57,539 bases of DNA from Mizuhopecten yessoensis (taxonomy: Eukaryota), in NCBI RefSeq assembly GCF_002113885.1, contig NW_018408904.1, forward strand, positions 226,514 to 284,052, in the 5' to 3' direction. Positions 29,501-39,849 of the stretch are shown piece by piece; position 1 is the stretch's first letter; every line of letters begins with the position of its first letter. The notes under the pieces were generated by a model, which saw only the letters and a program-made list of their open reading frames with translations, made no database searches and had not been told where the DNA came from. A program made the translations under genes and the position numbers.

Positions 29501-30967
29501 ATGCTTGTTATCACTATTTCTAAGAAAGTACTGGAGGGATCCCTCTCAAATTTCATATGTAAGTTTCCCCCTGGTCCGTAGTTGTGCATGTTTACTTTTG
29601 AGAGTGATCGGATAAACAAAATGGCCGAAAGGCGGCCATCTCAGATTTTGACAGTGAATGTTTGTTAGTGCTATTTCTTGGAAAGAACTGGAAGGATCCT
29701 TAAATTTCATATGCGAGTTCCCCTTGGTCCTTAGTTGTGCCTGTCAACTTTTGAAGCTGATCAGATAAACAAAATAGCCAACAGGAGGACATCTTGGATT
29801 TTGAAAATTTTGTTATCGTTGTTTCTCAAAAAGCAATTGACAGGTATTTCTCAAATTTCATATATCTATAATTGTGCATGTATTAATTTGCAACTGGTAG
29901 AGAGAAAAAAAGATGGCCACAGACGGTCATTGCAGATTTTGACATTTTATGGATATCATCACCATTTCTCAGGAAGTACTTTACAGATCTTTCTCATATC
30001 GTAATGATCAGTTCTATTTCTTTCACATCACACACTGTACTAGTAATGTATGTGAAATGACAAACTCACTTTGAATGTTGTCTTTTATACACAGCAGTAT
30101 GAAGTTAAGATAAAAAATAAGGTGCATTTACTGTTTACATATCTTGATCAAACAGATAAGAGAAAAGAAGAGAAAAGATCAAACTGACATAGAACTAATG
30201 AAGATGGTACGATGGTGGGTGCCAAGATCCCTCTTGGATCTCTTGTTCAGAAATAAATTGTGTTCAGCAGTTTTCATGAAGAGAATTAGAGCAAGATTAA
30301 CATGTACTACAAAGAGGTGAATGGAGATGTAAACAAGATTAACATGTACTACAAAGAGGTGAATGGAGATGTAAAACAAGATTACCATAAGGTTACCATA
30401 AGGAGGTGTAGAATATGGTGTGCAGGTAGAACAAGGTTAACATAAGGAGGTGTAGAATATGGTGTACAGGTAGAACAAGATTACCATAAGGAGGTGTAGA
30501 ATATGGTGTACAGGTAGAACAAGATTTACTCATAGTTTCATAGGACAAGATTAAGATACAAAACAAGGTATATATAGAGAGCTGTTATACAACAAGCTAA
30601 CAACTTATGGTTATGACAGGTTATGACTGATGGCTATGATTACATTTATTTTACAATATAAAATTGCATTTGTGATGTTGATCGTCTTTTCATTCTGTAA
30701 ATCACTTTACCTTAATACCTAAGTATATATTTGGTGGGATATACATGTATATAGTTCTGCTTTAATTTCTTAGAAGATAACATCCTGACAGTCATCAAGT
30801 GATTCTTCAACATTTGTTTTTTGCAGAAACTCCTTGGACGAATGGATAAACGTCTGGGGAAGGTGCTGAAGCATACCAGGGCCAATAGCCTGATAACAGT
30901 GGTTTTATCTGGACAATCTACAGCACAAAATTGTCAAAGTGCAAAGACTTTCATCAAAATTGTCTAA
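11576..30967 (+). CDS. REXO5: RNA exonuclease 5 (REX1-like DEDDh exonuclease), 13 coding exons, ~743 aa
   Basis: Phase-consistent GT-AG exons: 11576-11689, 13473-13697, 14565-14728, 15666-15792, 16066-16429, 16842-16921 (SPIFAVDCEM), 18442-18560 (ELTRVSVV..YDTFVKP..DYLTR), 19734-19872 (YSGIT..ILCGQSLCGDLNAL), 21609-21709 (HPYVMDTS), 24394-24482 (DIQ..GHNSIEDATATMELV), 24793-25170, 29082-29272, 30827-30967 (TAA). AATAAA at 31016. Confidence 0.9.
15070..15480. repeat. Degenerate ~40-bp minisatellite in REXO5 intron 3
   Basis: Recurrent AATGACTCTGGTCATGTGA(TTATGTGA)TAGTGTTAT units. Confidence 0.85.
18690..19379 (+). mobile_element. Degenerate HINE-like element (3' part) in REXO5 intron 7
   Basis: ~150-bp TTCAAGGTCACA..GGTCAAATGTG repeats shared with the 20342 element; ends CAGGTTAGTGATACAGGCC..CCTCTTGTT. 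Confidence 0.55.
20342..21512 (+). mobile_element. HINE-like element with ~150-bp internal tandem repeats in REXO5 intron 8
   Basis: Starts TTTTTAGCTCACCTG; degenerate TGACCTTGACCTACTTTCAAGGTCAC repeats; ends ACAGGCTCTCTTGGCCTCTTGT. Confidence 0.7.
21714..22135. repeat. 24-bp minisatellite (ACTGGTGGTATGACAACACTGACC)n
   Basis: Directly visible; starts a few nt after the REXO5 exon-9 donor. Confidence 0.95.
22136..24372. repeat. 27-bp minisatellite (ACTGACTTACTATACAGAATACTGAGT)n; contains assembly gap 24205-24247
   Basis: Directly visible; ends ~20 nt before the exon-10 acceptor. Confidence 0.97.
24846..24953 (+). repeat. Coding 36-bp repeat x3 (QGD[A/T]GIKVDQES) in REXO5 exon 11
   Basis: CAAGGGGATGCAGGCATCAAAGTTGACCAGGAAAGT repeated three times in frame. 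Confidence 0.92.
26152..29096 (+). repeat. 64-bp minisatellite (~46 units; the first ~10 are 59-64 bp) whose unit includes the REXO5 exon-12 acceptor
   Basis: Unit CTAG|CTGCCCTCGTGGATGTGTAGAGTAGCATTTTGACTGTTAACTTAACAACACTGTGTTTAA; the last copy runs into the true exon at 29082. Confidence 0.97.
29341..30005 (+). mobile_element. Degenerate non-autonomous element with internal repeats in REXO5 intron 12
   Basis: GTCCGTCTGTCC microsatellite near the start; repeated GATCCTCTCAAATTTCATATGTAAGTT..GGTCC and AAAATGGCC..CCATCT modules. Confidence 0.5.
30285..30530. repeat. Two short tandem repeats (~40 bp units)
   Basis: CAAGATTAACATGTACTACAAAGAGGTGAATGGAGATGTAAA x2, then CATAAGGAGGTGTAGAATATGGTGTACAGGTAGAACAAG x3. 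Confidence 0.85.
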
Positions 30968-31249
30968 ATGGCAGAATTTTTGTATCATCATTTTATCAAC
31001 ATTAAACATAGTACTAATAAATATTGTTGTTTGATGATACTATCAGAATATATCAAGCTACTATATAAAGAGCCGGACAGGAGTCAGGAGTACTTCATTT
31101 GCATGGCAAAAGCATGTCCTAAATCACAATTTACATAAATCAATGCTACTTAATGCAGTTGTTTTCAAACATAGTAAAACACCAGGAGAAATAATAAGTG
31201 ATATGTTTGCGAGATTTTCCTTTTTCATGGGAAGTACAAAATATGATTA

Positions 31250-33050
31250 TGAGCAAAAAATTCAACAACTTCATCAAAACCAAAAGGCCAAGGGGGATGA
31301 TATTTGCCCAGTAGCATGCTAGGGTGAAAAGGCTCTCAAGATTGTTCAGATGAATGGCCTTCATTCATATTCAAGGTCACAGTGGTCAAATTTATTGAAA
31401 ACACTTGAATGACTTCTGAACAAGCATACTGAGTATTGCTTTAGCAATACATGTCCCCTACCAGCCCCCGCTAGCTATTACACTGAAATTATTTATAAAA
31501 ATGGTGCCCTTTGGTGTTAATTTGGGAAAATTAATAGTATACAATTAGCTGATTTTAATGTAACTTTTCTATTCTACATTACCATCAATCATATTGTACA
31601 AAAAAACCCCAGAATAAATGAATTTCCATGTATACTGTATATTACATACACATTTGACACTGTAATGAACCGATTATATCGATTATGGAATTTGTTATCG
31701 ATAATCGGAATCAAACTGGACAAATCGATCAATGTTCGATTATTATAATATATCGATCATCAGTCCATGACTGGTTTCAACTTGTCCAGGATTTTGTATT
31801 AATAGTAACAGTGGCCTTGATCTCAACTCTACAACCCTGAAACTCAAACTTGTCCCGAGATATTAATATGATCCTTTGTAATTGTGTGAAGTTTGATCCA
31901 AATCCCTCAAGGAATGAAGACATTAGAGCGCTGACAAGGATTTAAAAAAAATAGAAACAGATACCTTGACCTTGAACCAACAATCCTGAATCTCAAACTT
32001 GTCCGAGATATTATAGTCCTTTGTAACTGTGAAGTTTGATCCAAATCCCTCAAGGAATGAAGCCACTAGAGCGCTGACAAGGATTTTCTAAAAATAGTAA
32101 CGGTGACCTTGACCTGACAACCCTGAAACTAGAAATTGTCCGAGATAATATGGGCTTTTGTAATTGTATGAAGTTTGATCAAAATCCCTCAAGGAATGAA
32201 GCGGCTCGAGCGCTGACAAGGATTTTCTAAAAATAGTAATGGTGACCTTGACCTAACAACCCTTTAATTTGAACTTGTCCAAGATATTATGGTCCTTTGT
32301 ATTTGTGTGAAGTTTGATAAAAATCCCTTAAGGAATCAAGCCGCTAGAGTGCTGACAAACATTGGTGTTACGTACGTACGTACACAGACGGACGGAGAGG
32401 GAAAACTATAGTTCACCGGTAGGGGACTAATAACCAAAAGGCCTCAGGTGATTATATTTGGTCATAACTATGCATGGATAAAGGGCAATCATTTGATCAA
32501 ATGAATGACCTTTACCCATGTTCCAAGGTCACAGGGCTTAAATGGGTTAAAAAACCTTTAAACCACTTCTTCTGAATAACCAAAAAGCCTAAGGTGATGA
32601 TAATTTGCAGTAATATGCTGGAATGTAGGGCTATCAAGTTTGATGAAATGAATAACCATGACCAACCTTCAATGTCACAGGTCAAATGGATGAAAACCTT
32701 TTAATGGCTATTTCGGAATATCTAAGATATCAAGGGTGATGCTATTTAGCCAGTAACATACTGGGATGAAAGGTAATAATTGGGTGGGGTTTTTATTCTT
32801 CAAATAAAAGATCTTGACCCAATTCCTTAGAGATAAGATCAAGATGTTAAACATCTTTTGAACAGCCAAGAAGCCCAAGGTGATTATATAAATATTTTTT
32901 GCTAGTTGAGTGCTATGATAAAGGGCTTTGTAGTTTGTTCAAAGGAATGACCTTGACCAAATTTCAAGGTCACATGAGTTAATTTGTTAAAACATTTAAT
33001 TGACTTCTAATTAATGAAATAGATGGGTTGAAGTTCATGATATTTTGCGA
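31250..33050 (+). mobile_element. Degenerate HINE-type ~150-bp repeat array (host), interrupted by a nested element
   Basis: Units resemble the 20342 element repeats (CTTCTGAATAACCAAGAGGCC..GGTGATGATATTTG..TGACCTTGACC..AAGGTCAC). Confidence 0.6.
31421..32430 (-). mobile_element. Nested HINE-like element with ~140-bp internal repeats
   Basis: Subterminal inverted repeat GTCCCCTACC (31454) / GGTAGGGGAC (32418); hairpin AGCATACTGAGTATTGCT; GTAC/GACG microsatellite; four GAAGTTTGATCCAAATCCCTCAAGGAATGAAG..GCTGACAAG units. Confidence 0.75.
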
Positions 33051-33189
33051 TGTAGGTTAAAATGTAAATTGATATGATGTGTTGGAAGAAAGTATATGGC
33101 TTTACCAAACAACTTAGTTCATATCAACAAAGTTTGTTAAAATCTTCATATAAAGATTCATAAAAATACTTAAGTGTAGAGTGATAAGA

Positions 33190-35130
33190 TTTTCCAAGAA
33201 AGGGTGTTGTTTCACTGGAGGCTGAGAATCAAGGACCCTTACAGGGAAATCTAAGAAAGGGTGTTGTTTCACTGGAGGCTGAGAATCAAGTACTCTTACA
33301 GGGTAATCCAAGAAAGGGTTTTGTTTTCACTGGAGGCTGAGAATCAAGGACTCTTACAGGGTAATCCAAGAAAGGGTGTTCTTTCACTGTAGGCTGAGAA
33401 TCAAGGACCCTTACAGGGTAATCAAAGAAAGGGTGTTGTTTCACTGTAGGCTGAGAATCAAGGACTCTTACAGGGTAATCCAAGAAAGGGTGTTGTTTTC
33501 CTGGAGGTGGTGAATCAAGGACTCTTACAGGGTAATCCAAGAAAGGGTGTTGTTTCACTGTAGGCTGAGAATCAAGGACCCTTACAGGGTAATCAAAGAA
33601 AGGGTGTTGTTTCACTGTAGGCTGAGAATCAAGGACTCTTACAGGGTAAACCAAGAAAGGGTGTTGTTTTCACTGGAGGCTGAGAATCAAGGACCCTTAC
33701 AGGGTAATCCAAGAAAGGGTGTTGTTTTCACTGGAGGCTGAGAATCAAGGACCCTTACAGGGTAATCATAGAAAGGGTGTTGTTTCACTGGAGGCTGAGA
33801 ATCAAGGACCCTTACAGGGTAATCATAGAAAGGGTGTTGTTTCACTGGAGGCTGAGAATCAAGGACCCTTACAGGGTAATCCAAGAAAGGGGTTGTTTTA
33901 CTGTAGGCTGAGAATCAAGGACCCTTGCAGGGTAATCATAGAAAGGGTGTTGTTTCACTGGAGGCTGAGAATAAAGGACTCTTACAGGGTAATCCAAGAA
34001 AGGGTGTTTTTTCACTGTCGGCTGAGAATTAAGGACCCTTACAGGGTCATCCAAGAAAGGGTGTTGTTTTACTGTAGGCCGAGAATCAAGGACCCTTACA
34101 GGGTAATCCAAGAAAGGGTGTTGTTTTACTGGAGGTGGTGAATCAAGGACTCTTACAGGGTAATCTAAGAAAGGGTGTTGTTTTACTAGAGGCTGAGAAT
34201 CAAGGACTCTTACAGGGTAATCCAAGAAAGGGTGTTGTTTCACTGTCGGCTGAGAATTAAGGACCCTTACAGGGTCATCCAAGAAAGGGTGTTGTTTTAC
34301 TGTAGGCCGAGAATCAAGGACCCTTACAGGGTAATCCAAGAAAGGGGTTGTTTTACTGTAGGCTGAGAATCAAGGACCCTTACAGGGTTATCATAGAAAG
34401 GGTGTTGTTTCACTGGAGGCTGAGAATAAAGGACTCTTACAGGGTAATCCAAGAAAGGGTGTTTTTTCACTGTCGGCTGAGAATTAAGGACCCTTACAGG
34501 GTCATCCAAGAAAGGGTGTTGTTTTACTGTAGGCCGAGAATCAAGGACCCTTACAGGGTAATCCAAGAAAGGGGTTGTTTTACTGTAGGCTGAGAATCAA
34601 GGACCCTTACAGGGTTATCATAGAAAGGGTGTTGTTTCACTGGAGGCTGAGAATAAAGGACTCTTACAGGGTAATCCAAGAAAGGGTGTTTTTTCACTGT
34701 CGGCTGAGAATTAAGGACCCTTACAGGGTCATCCAAGAAAGGGTGTTGTTTTACTGTAGGCCGAGAATCAAGGACCCTTACAGGGTAATCCAAGAAAGGG
34801 GTTGTTTTACTGTAGGCTGAGAATCAAGGACCCTTACAGGGTAATCCAAGAAAGGGGTTGTTTTACTGTAGGCTGAGAATCAAGGACCCTTACAGGGTTA
34901 TCATAGAAAGGGTGTTGTTTCACTGGAGGCTGAGAATCAAGGACTCTTACAGGGTAATCCAAGAAAGGGTGTTGTTTCACTGTCGGCTGAGAATTAAGGA
35001 CCCTTACAGGGTCATCCAAGAAAGGGTGTTGTTTTACTGTAGGCCGAGAATCAAGGACCCTTACAGGGTAATCCAAGAAAGGGTGTTGTTTCACTGTAGG
35101 CTGAGAATCAAGGACCCTTACAGGGTAATT
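33190..35130. repeat. 57-bp minisatellite with 227-bp (4-unit) higher-order repeat
   Basis: Unit CCAAGAAAGGGTGTTGTTTCACTGGAGGCTGAGAATCAAGGACCCTTACAGGGTAAT; identical ORF translations recur at a 227-bp offset (34324/34551, 34348/34575). Confidence 0.96.
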
Positions 35131-35284
35131 TGGTTATTTAAATTTACTCCTGAATAGTTTATCACATGTAAATTAAATTTGCTATAAGGGGCTGAGCTCA
35201 AAATGGGGGAATTATTTGCATTCTTACCTTTAATAATTATATTTAAAAATAGCAAAATGTTCACAGACTGCACATGATGTACAG

Positions 35285-35393
35285 ATACAGATGGCATTAA
35301 GTCACTTGAGCAGACAGATGGCAATAAGTCACCTGAGCAGACAGATGGCATTAAGTCACCTGAGCAGACAGATGGCATTAAGTCACCTGAGCA
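35285..35393. repeat. 27-bp tandem repeat x4 (CAGACAGATGGCATTAAGTCACCTGAG)
   Basis: Directly visible. Confidence 0.9.
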
Positions 35394-35707
35394 AAGTGTT
35401 TAGTAAAAACATACTCATCAACAACAATAAAACAGTACTTTTGTCATTTGTTTTATTTTAGATAATTTCATGCAAAGATTTGTTTTAACAGATCTCAATT
35501 ACAAACCAGATACATATAAAATTTGATTGCACTACTTGTAGCTATAACATTTGCATAGCACACTTAAATAATAAACAACAATTCAAAACCTGACTAACAA
35601 AAACAAGGCTATAATAAAGTGGTGATGAGGAAGTAATAATGTGGAACCTAGACTTAGATATAACTGTACCATACTGTTTGAGAGTAAAACCTGTCTAAAA
35701 TAATTAT

Positions 35708-37026
35708 AACAAGAGGCCCAGAGGGCCTGTATCGCTCACCTGGATATCTAAGCAATCATGGCAAAATATTCTCCAAATGAGATCCAAGGGAATATGCCAT
35801 ACCCCAAGGCTAATCCAGGATCAATTCTAATATCATGACTACATTCGTCTCTTTTTGCCCAGCATTTGTATTTATAGTTTTGGGGTGGGGATCTCAACCG
35901 TTTCTAAGTTATGAGGAAGGGGTTAAGTCTGCAAAGGTGGGGCAGACCCTGGAATCAATTCTAATATCATGACTGCATTCGTCTCTTTATGCCCAGCATT
36001 TGTATATATAGTTTTGGGGAGGGGATCTCAACAGTTTCAAAGTTATGACCCAGGGACTATGTCTCCAAGGGTGGGGCCAGACCCTAGGGCCATCCTGGAA
36101 GCAACTGTGCATTCTTCTCTTCATACTCAGCAATTGTATATATGGTTATACGGTGGGGATATCAACCATTTCCAAGTGATAAACTTAGTTTGGCCCCACC
36201 CCTTAGCCCGGGGGGGGTTAGCCCCAAAATTTGTACAATTTTGAATCTCCACCTAGGGATGCTTCCAGTAAATATGGTTGATATCCATCTAATAGTTCCA
36301 GAGAAGAAGTTGCTTAAAGCAATATAGCAAAATTGCCCCCTTTTGGCCCTGCCCCTCAACCCCTTGGGGGTCAGCCCCACCATTTGTACAATTTTGAATC
36401 CCCACCACCTAGGGATGCTTCCAGTTAAATATGGTTGATATCCATCTATTAGTTCCAGAGAAGAAGTTGCTTAAAGCAATATAGCCAAATTGCCCCCTTT
36501 TGGCCCCGCCCCTCAACACCCTGGGGGGTCAGCCCCACCATTTGTACAATTTTGAATCCCCACCACCTAGGGATGCTTCCAGTTAAATATGGTTGATATC
36601 CATCTATTAGTTCCAGAGAGGAAGTCGCTTAAAGCAATAAAGCCAAATTGCCCCCTTTTGGCCCGGCCCTCAACACCCTGGGGGGTCAGCCCCACCATTT
36701 GTACAATTTTGACTCCCCACCACCTAGGGGTGCTTCCAGTCAATTATGGTTGCTATCCATCTCTTAGTTCCAGAGAAGAAGTCGCTTAAGGCAATATAGC
36801 CAAATTGCCTGCTTTTGGCCCCGCCCCTCAGCCCCCTCGGGGGTCAGCCCCACCATTTGGACAATTTTGAATCCCTATCACCTAGGAATGCTTCCAGTCA
36901 AATTTAGTTAAATTCCTATCAGTGGTTAAGAAGAAGAAGTCGTTTAAAAGAAATTGTTGACGGACGGACAACGGACGCCACGGTATGGCATAAGTTCACC
37001 ATGGTCCTTCGGACCCGGTGAGCTAA
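35708..37026 (-). mobile_element. Apparently complete HINE (Helentron non-autonomous) element with ~157-bp tandem repeats
   Basis: Terminal hairpin AGGCCCAGAGGGCCT + GCTCACCTG; ~4.5 GC-rich 157-158-bp units; GACGGACGGAC microsatellite; inverted repeat TTCACCATGGTCC-TTC-GGACCCGGTGAG; ends GGTGAGCTAA. Confidence 0.85.
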
Positions 37027-37769
37027 CTAGAGAATCCATTCCTAAACACTGCTTGTTCCTCATTATCATCAGCAAATTGAATCATCATGAGCTGTCTTGA
37101 AAGGTCACATTTTACTGGCAGAAAGGTAAGGTCTCTCCAGACAGGTGCTGTATTGTATTTGTGAATTATTCCATGGAAGTTAATATAACACTAGGAGGAG
37201 AGAGGGGGACAACTACTTTACAGTACAGGTTTGCTGGTCCTTTACAAAATGTAGCAGAAAAAAATGTTGACACAAATGTTTAAAATCAAACCCTTTTCAC
37301 AATTTCATTCAGTTGTACTTAATAACATGCATATAAAGCTGTAGTAAAAATAAACTCCCAACAGATATAATAGTTACTGAAACCTGCAGTACAAGTCCCT
37401 ATAAAGAAGTATAGATACACTAGACAGGTTATATGTAACAGTTACCAAAACAAAAAACATTTTGGTCTTGTATCTTGTCTAAAAGGATATAGAAAATGAA
37501 GTATTTTGTGAAAAAGAACGCACTCATGCAGTCTATACGCTGGCATCCTAGCAACAAAATGGTGTTGTCTGATTATGAAATTGTATGTCGCTGAACGGAG
37601 TCACAATACTGACCTACCTCCATTAGAGAAAAACTAAACAATAAAACTGTTCGGTTTCTATTTTGATTCCTCCTCACAGTGATATATTGTTCCCACCAAT
37701 TCTTGTCTGTAACATCAACATCGGAACCTTGTGATTTACACTGATAACTGTATTACTGTTAACTTATTG

Positions 37770-38375
37770 TTAATATAAATTTACACTGACAATCTGATAT
37801 ATGGTATTGCCGGTAATATAAATTTACACCAACAATCTGGACACTTTGTATTACTGGTAATATAGATTTACACTGACAATCTGATACATTGTATTACTGA
37901 TAATATAAATTTACACAGACAATCTGATATATTGTATTGCCGGTAATATAAATTTACACCAACAATCTGGACACTTTGTAATACTGGTAATATAGATTTA
38001 CACAGACAATCTGATACATTGTATTACTGATAATATAAGTCCGTTTTCATTTAAACGGTTAAACTGATCAGATCACAGTTGTTCGTTTATTAAAAAAGGT
38101 TGGACCTAGTAATCTGATGCTGCTTTCAGGCGAGCCTCGACAAAGCCTTGCAAGGCCTGAATAAACATTTGCAGATCTGCCAGTGTTTAAACCTGAAGTT
38201 GTTACGTTTTAAAAATTGACAATCCGGTTGTTCCACATCAACGAACAGGCCCCTAATTTACACCAACAATCTGGACTAATTGTAATACTTGTAATATAAA
38301 TTTACACTGACAATCTGAAACATTGTATTGCCGGTAATATAAATTTACATAATCTGATACATTATTACTGGTGAT
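37770..38375. repeat. ~43-bp tandem repeat (TAATATAAATTTACAC..ACAATCTG..TTGTATTAC) interrupted by an insertion
   Basis: Directly visible units on both sides of 38039-38253. Confidence 0.85.
38039..38253. mobile_element. Possible PIF/Harbinger-type MITE
   Basis: 215-bp insertion flanked by TAA on both sides within a repeat unit; right end AACAGGCCCC; terminal inverted repeat only weakly conserved. Confidence 0.4.
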
Positions 38376-38899
38376 ATTCTGGATCTTAATTATAACTAAC
38401 AATGCTTGCTTTGTGAATCACAATATTTGCTTCATGAATAAAGAAAATTACATCGTGTTAAAAACGTAAGTGTGTAACTTGTTACTATAAATTCCATACA
38501 TAAATAACAATCAATAATGCTACTGTGCAACACACAAAGAGATCTTTGTTCACAATATATTATATAAAAACATGGGAGGCTGCTAGGAGAATATTGTGAA
38601 CGAACAGTAAAATGTTGATAAACAGCATTATCCGTTCTGAATTCTGTTGGTGAGGTATTTCAACAGATAAAGACAAAAAATCATAAAGAAATTAATGACT
38701 TTCGGTGTGATAACAGTTTTCTTACATTTACACCTGTATCAGTTTTGACTTTGAAACATTAGCAGCTAGTTATATGAAGAAAATTATCACCTACCCTTTT
38801 AAACTAACAATTGGCACCCTTTTTTAAAGCAGAAAAGCTAGTTTCAATCTTTACCCTTGAATTTAATTTGAAAAGTTAAAAGTTGTAGAACTAACTCTA

Positions 38900-39100
38900 T
38901 ATTCAAAATATATCTATGCTATATTTCCACTATTGGGCCCCGCCCCTCAGACCAACCATTTATATAAAATTTGTTTCCCTTCCCCCAAGGATACTTCTGA
39001 CCAAATTTGGTCAAAATCTGCTCAGTCGTTCATGATTAGTAGCGATTTTTAGGAAAAATTGACGGGTGACGGACACCGTCAGACCAGGTGAGCTAAAAAA
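38900..39100 (-). mobile_element. HINE-like fragment
   Basis: GGGCCCCGCCCCTCAG..CCCCAAGGATACTTC module like the 35708 element; ends GACGG..CCAGGTGAGCTAAAAAA. Confidence 0.6.
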
Positions 39101-39849
39101 CATAGTGCAGAGGGACAGGGATCCTTAAGTGTCCCATCAATTTTCTTTGGATAATACAGAATACTTTGATAGTTTACATACACCTACACACCTAAAAGGC
39201 ATGTATATACCTCTATAACTTTACTGGTTCCATTCTGTAAGCTATGTATTTTTGTATACCCTACAGTGTTGACTAAAAAAGAAAGCTAGTAGCTCTAGGC
39301 AGTGAGGTATCTACCGGGGTAAGTTACATGAAGAACAGGTCTGACGTTTCTGTTAAGTGGTGTTGGGAAGGTGTGATGAATATTATTCAGAACAATACTA
39401 CAAAATAATAATCCTGAGGCTGCTCTATTTTTAAAAAACTTAATGAAGTGCTGTTCGTTTTGATCCTATTTTATGCTGTTTTAACATCAAATAGAATTAT
39501 GAGTATTAAATGTTTCTCACATATTCTGAAAAAGAGTTTGTATCACATTATGCAAGCAAACAACTTTGAGACAAAGCTAGCATACTTTACTGATAAAGCT
39601 GGCCACGTTTTATATACATGTATATACATTTATTTACTATTATTGAAACATGAATTTATGAAAAAGTGATTTCCCTGCCAACACTGAAGTTCTCTCCCAC
39701 TCTCTAGACATATACACAATAACTTAGCTGCATCTACATCGGATCACAACACCAGGCTGTAACAAATAGCCATCCAGCATAACATTCTCATAAAACACCA
39801 GGCCGTTATGTATATTAAACCCCCCTTAGTGGCGTCTGTTACATAAACA

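Noticed and set aside
33114-35157. DYPVRVLDSQP-type repeated ORFs
   Set aside because: Translations of the 57-bp minisatellite with frequent frameshifts.
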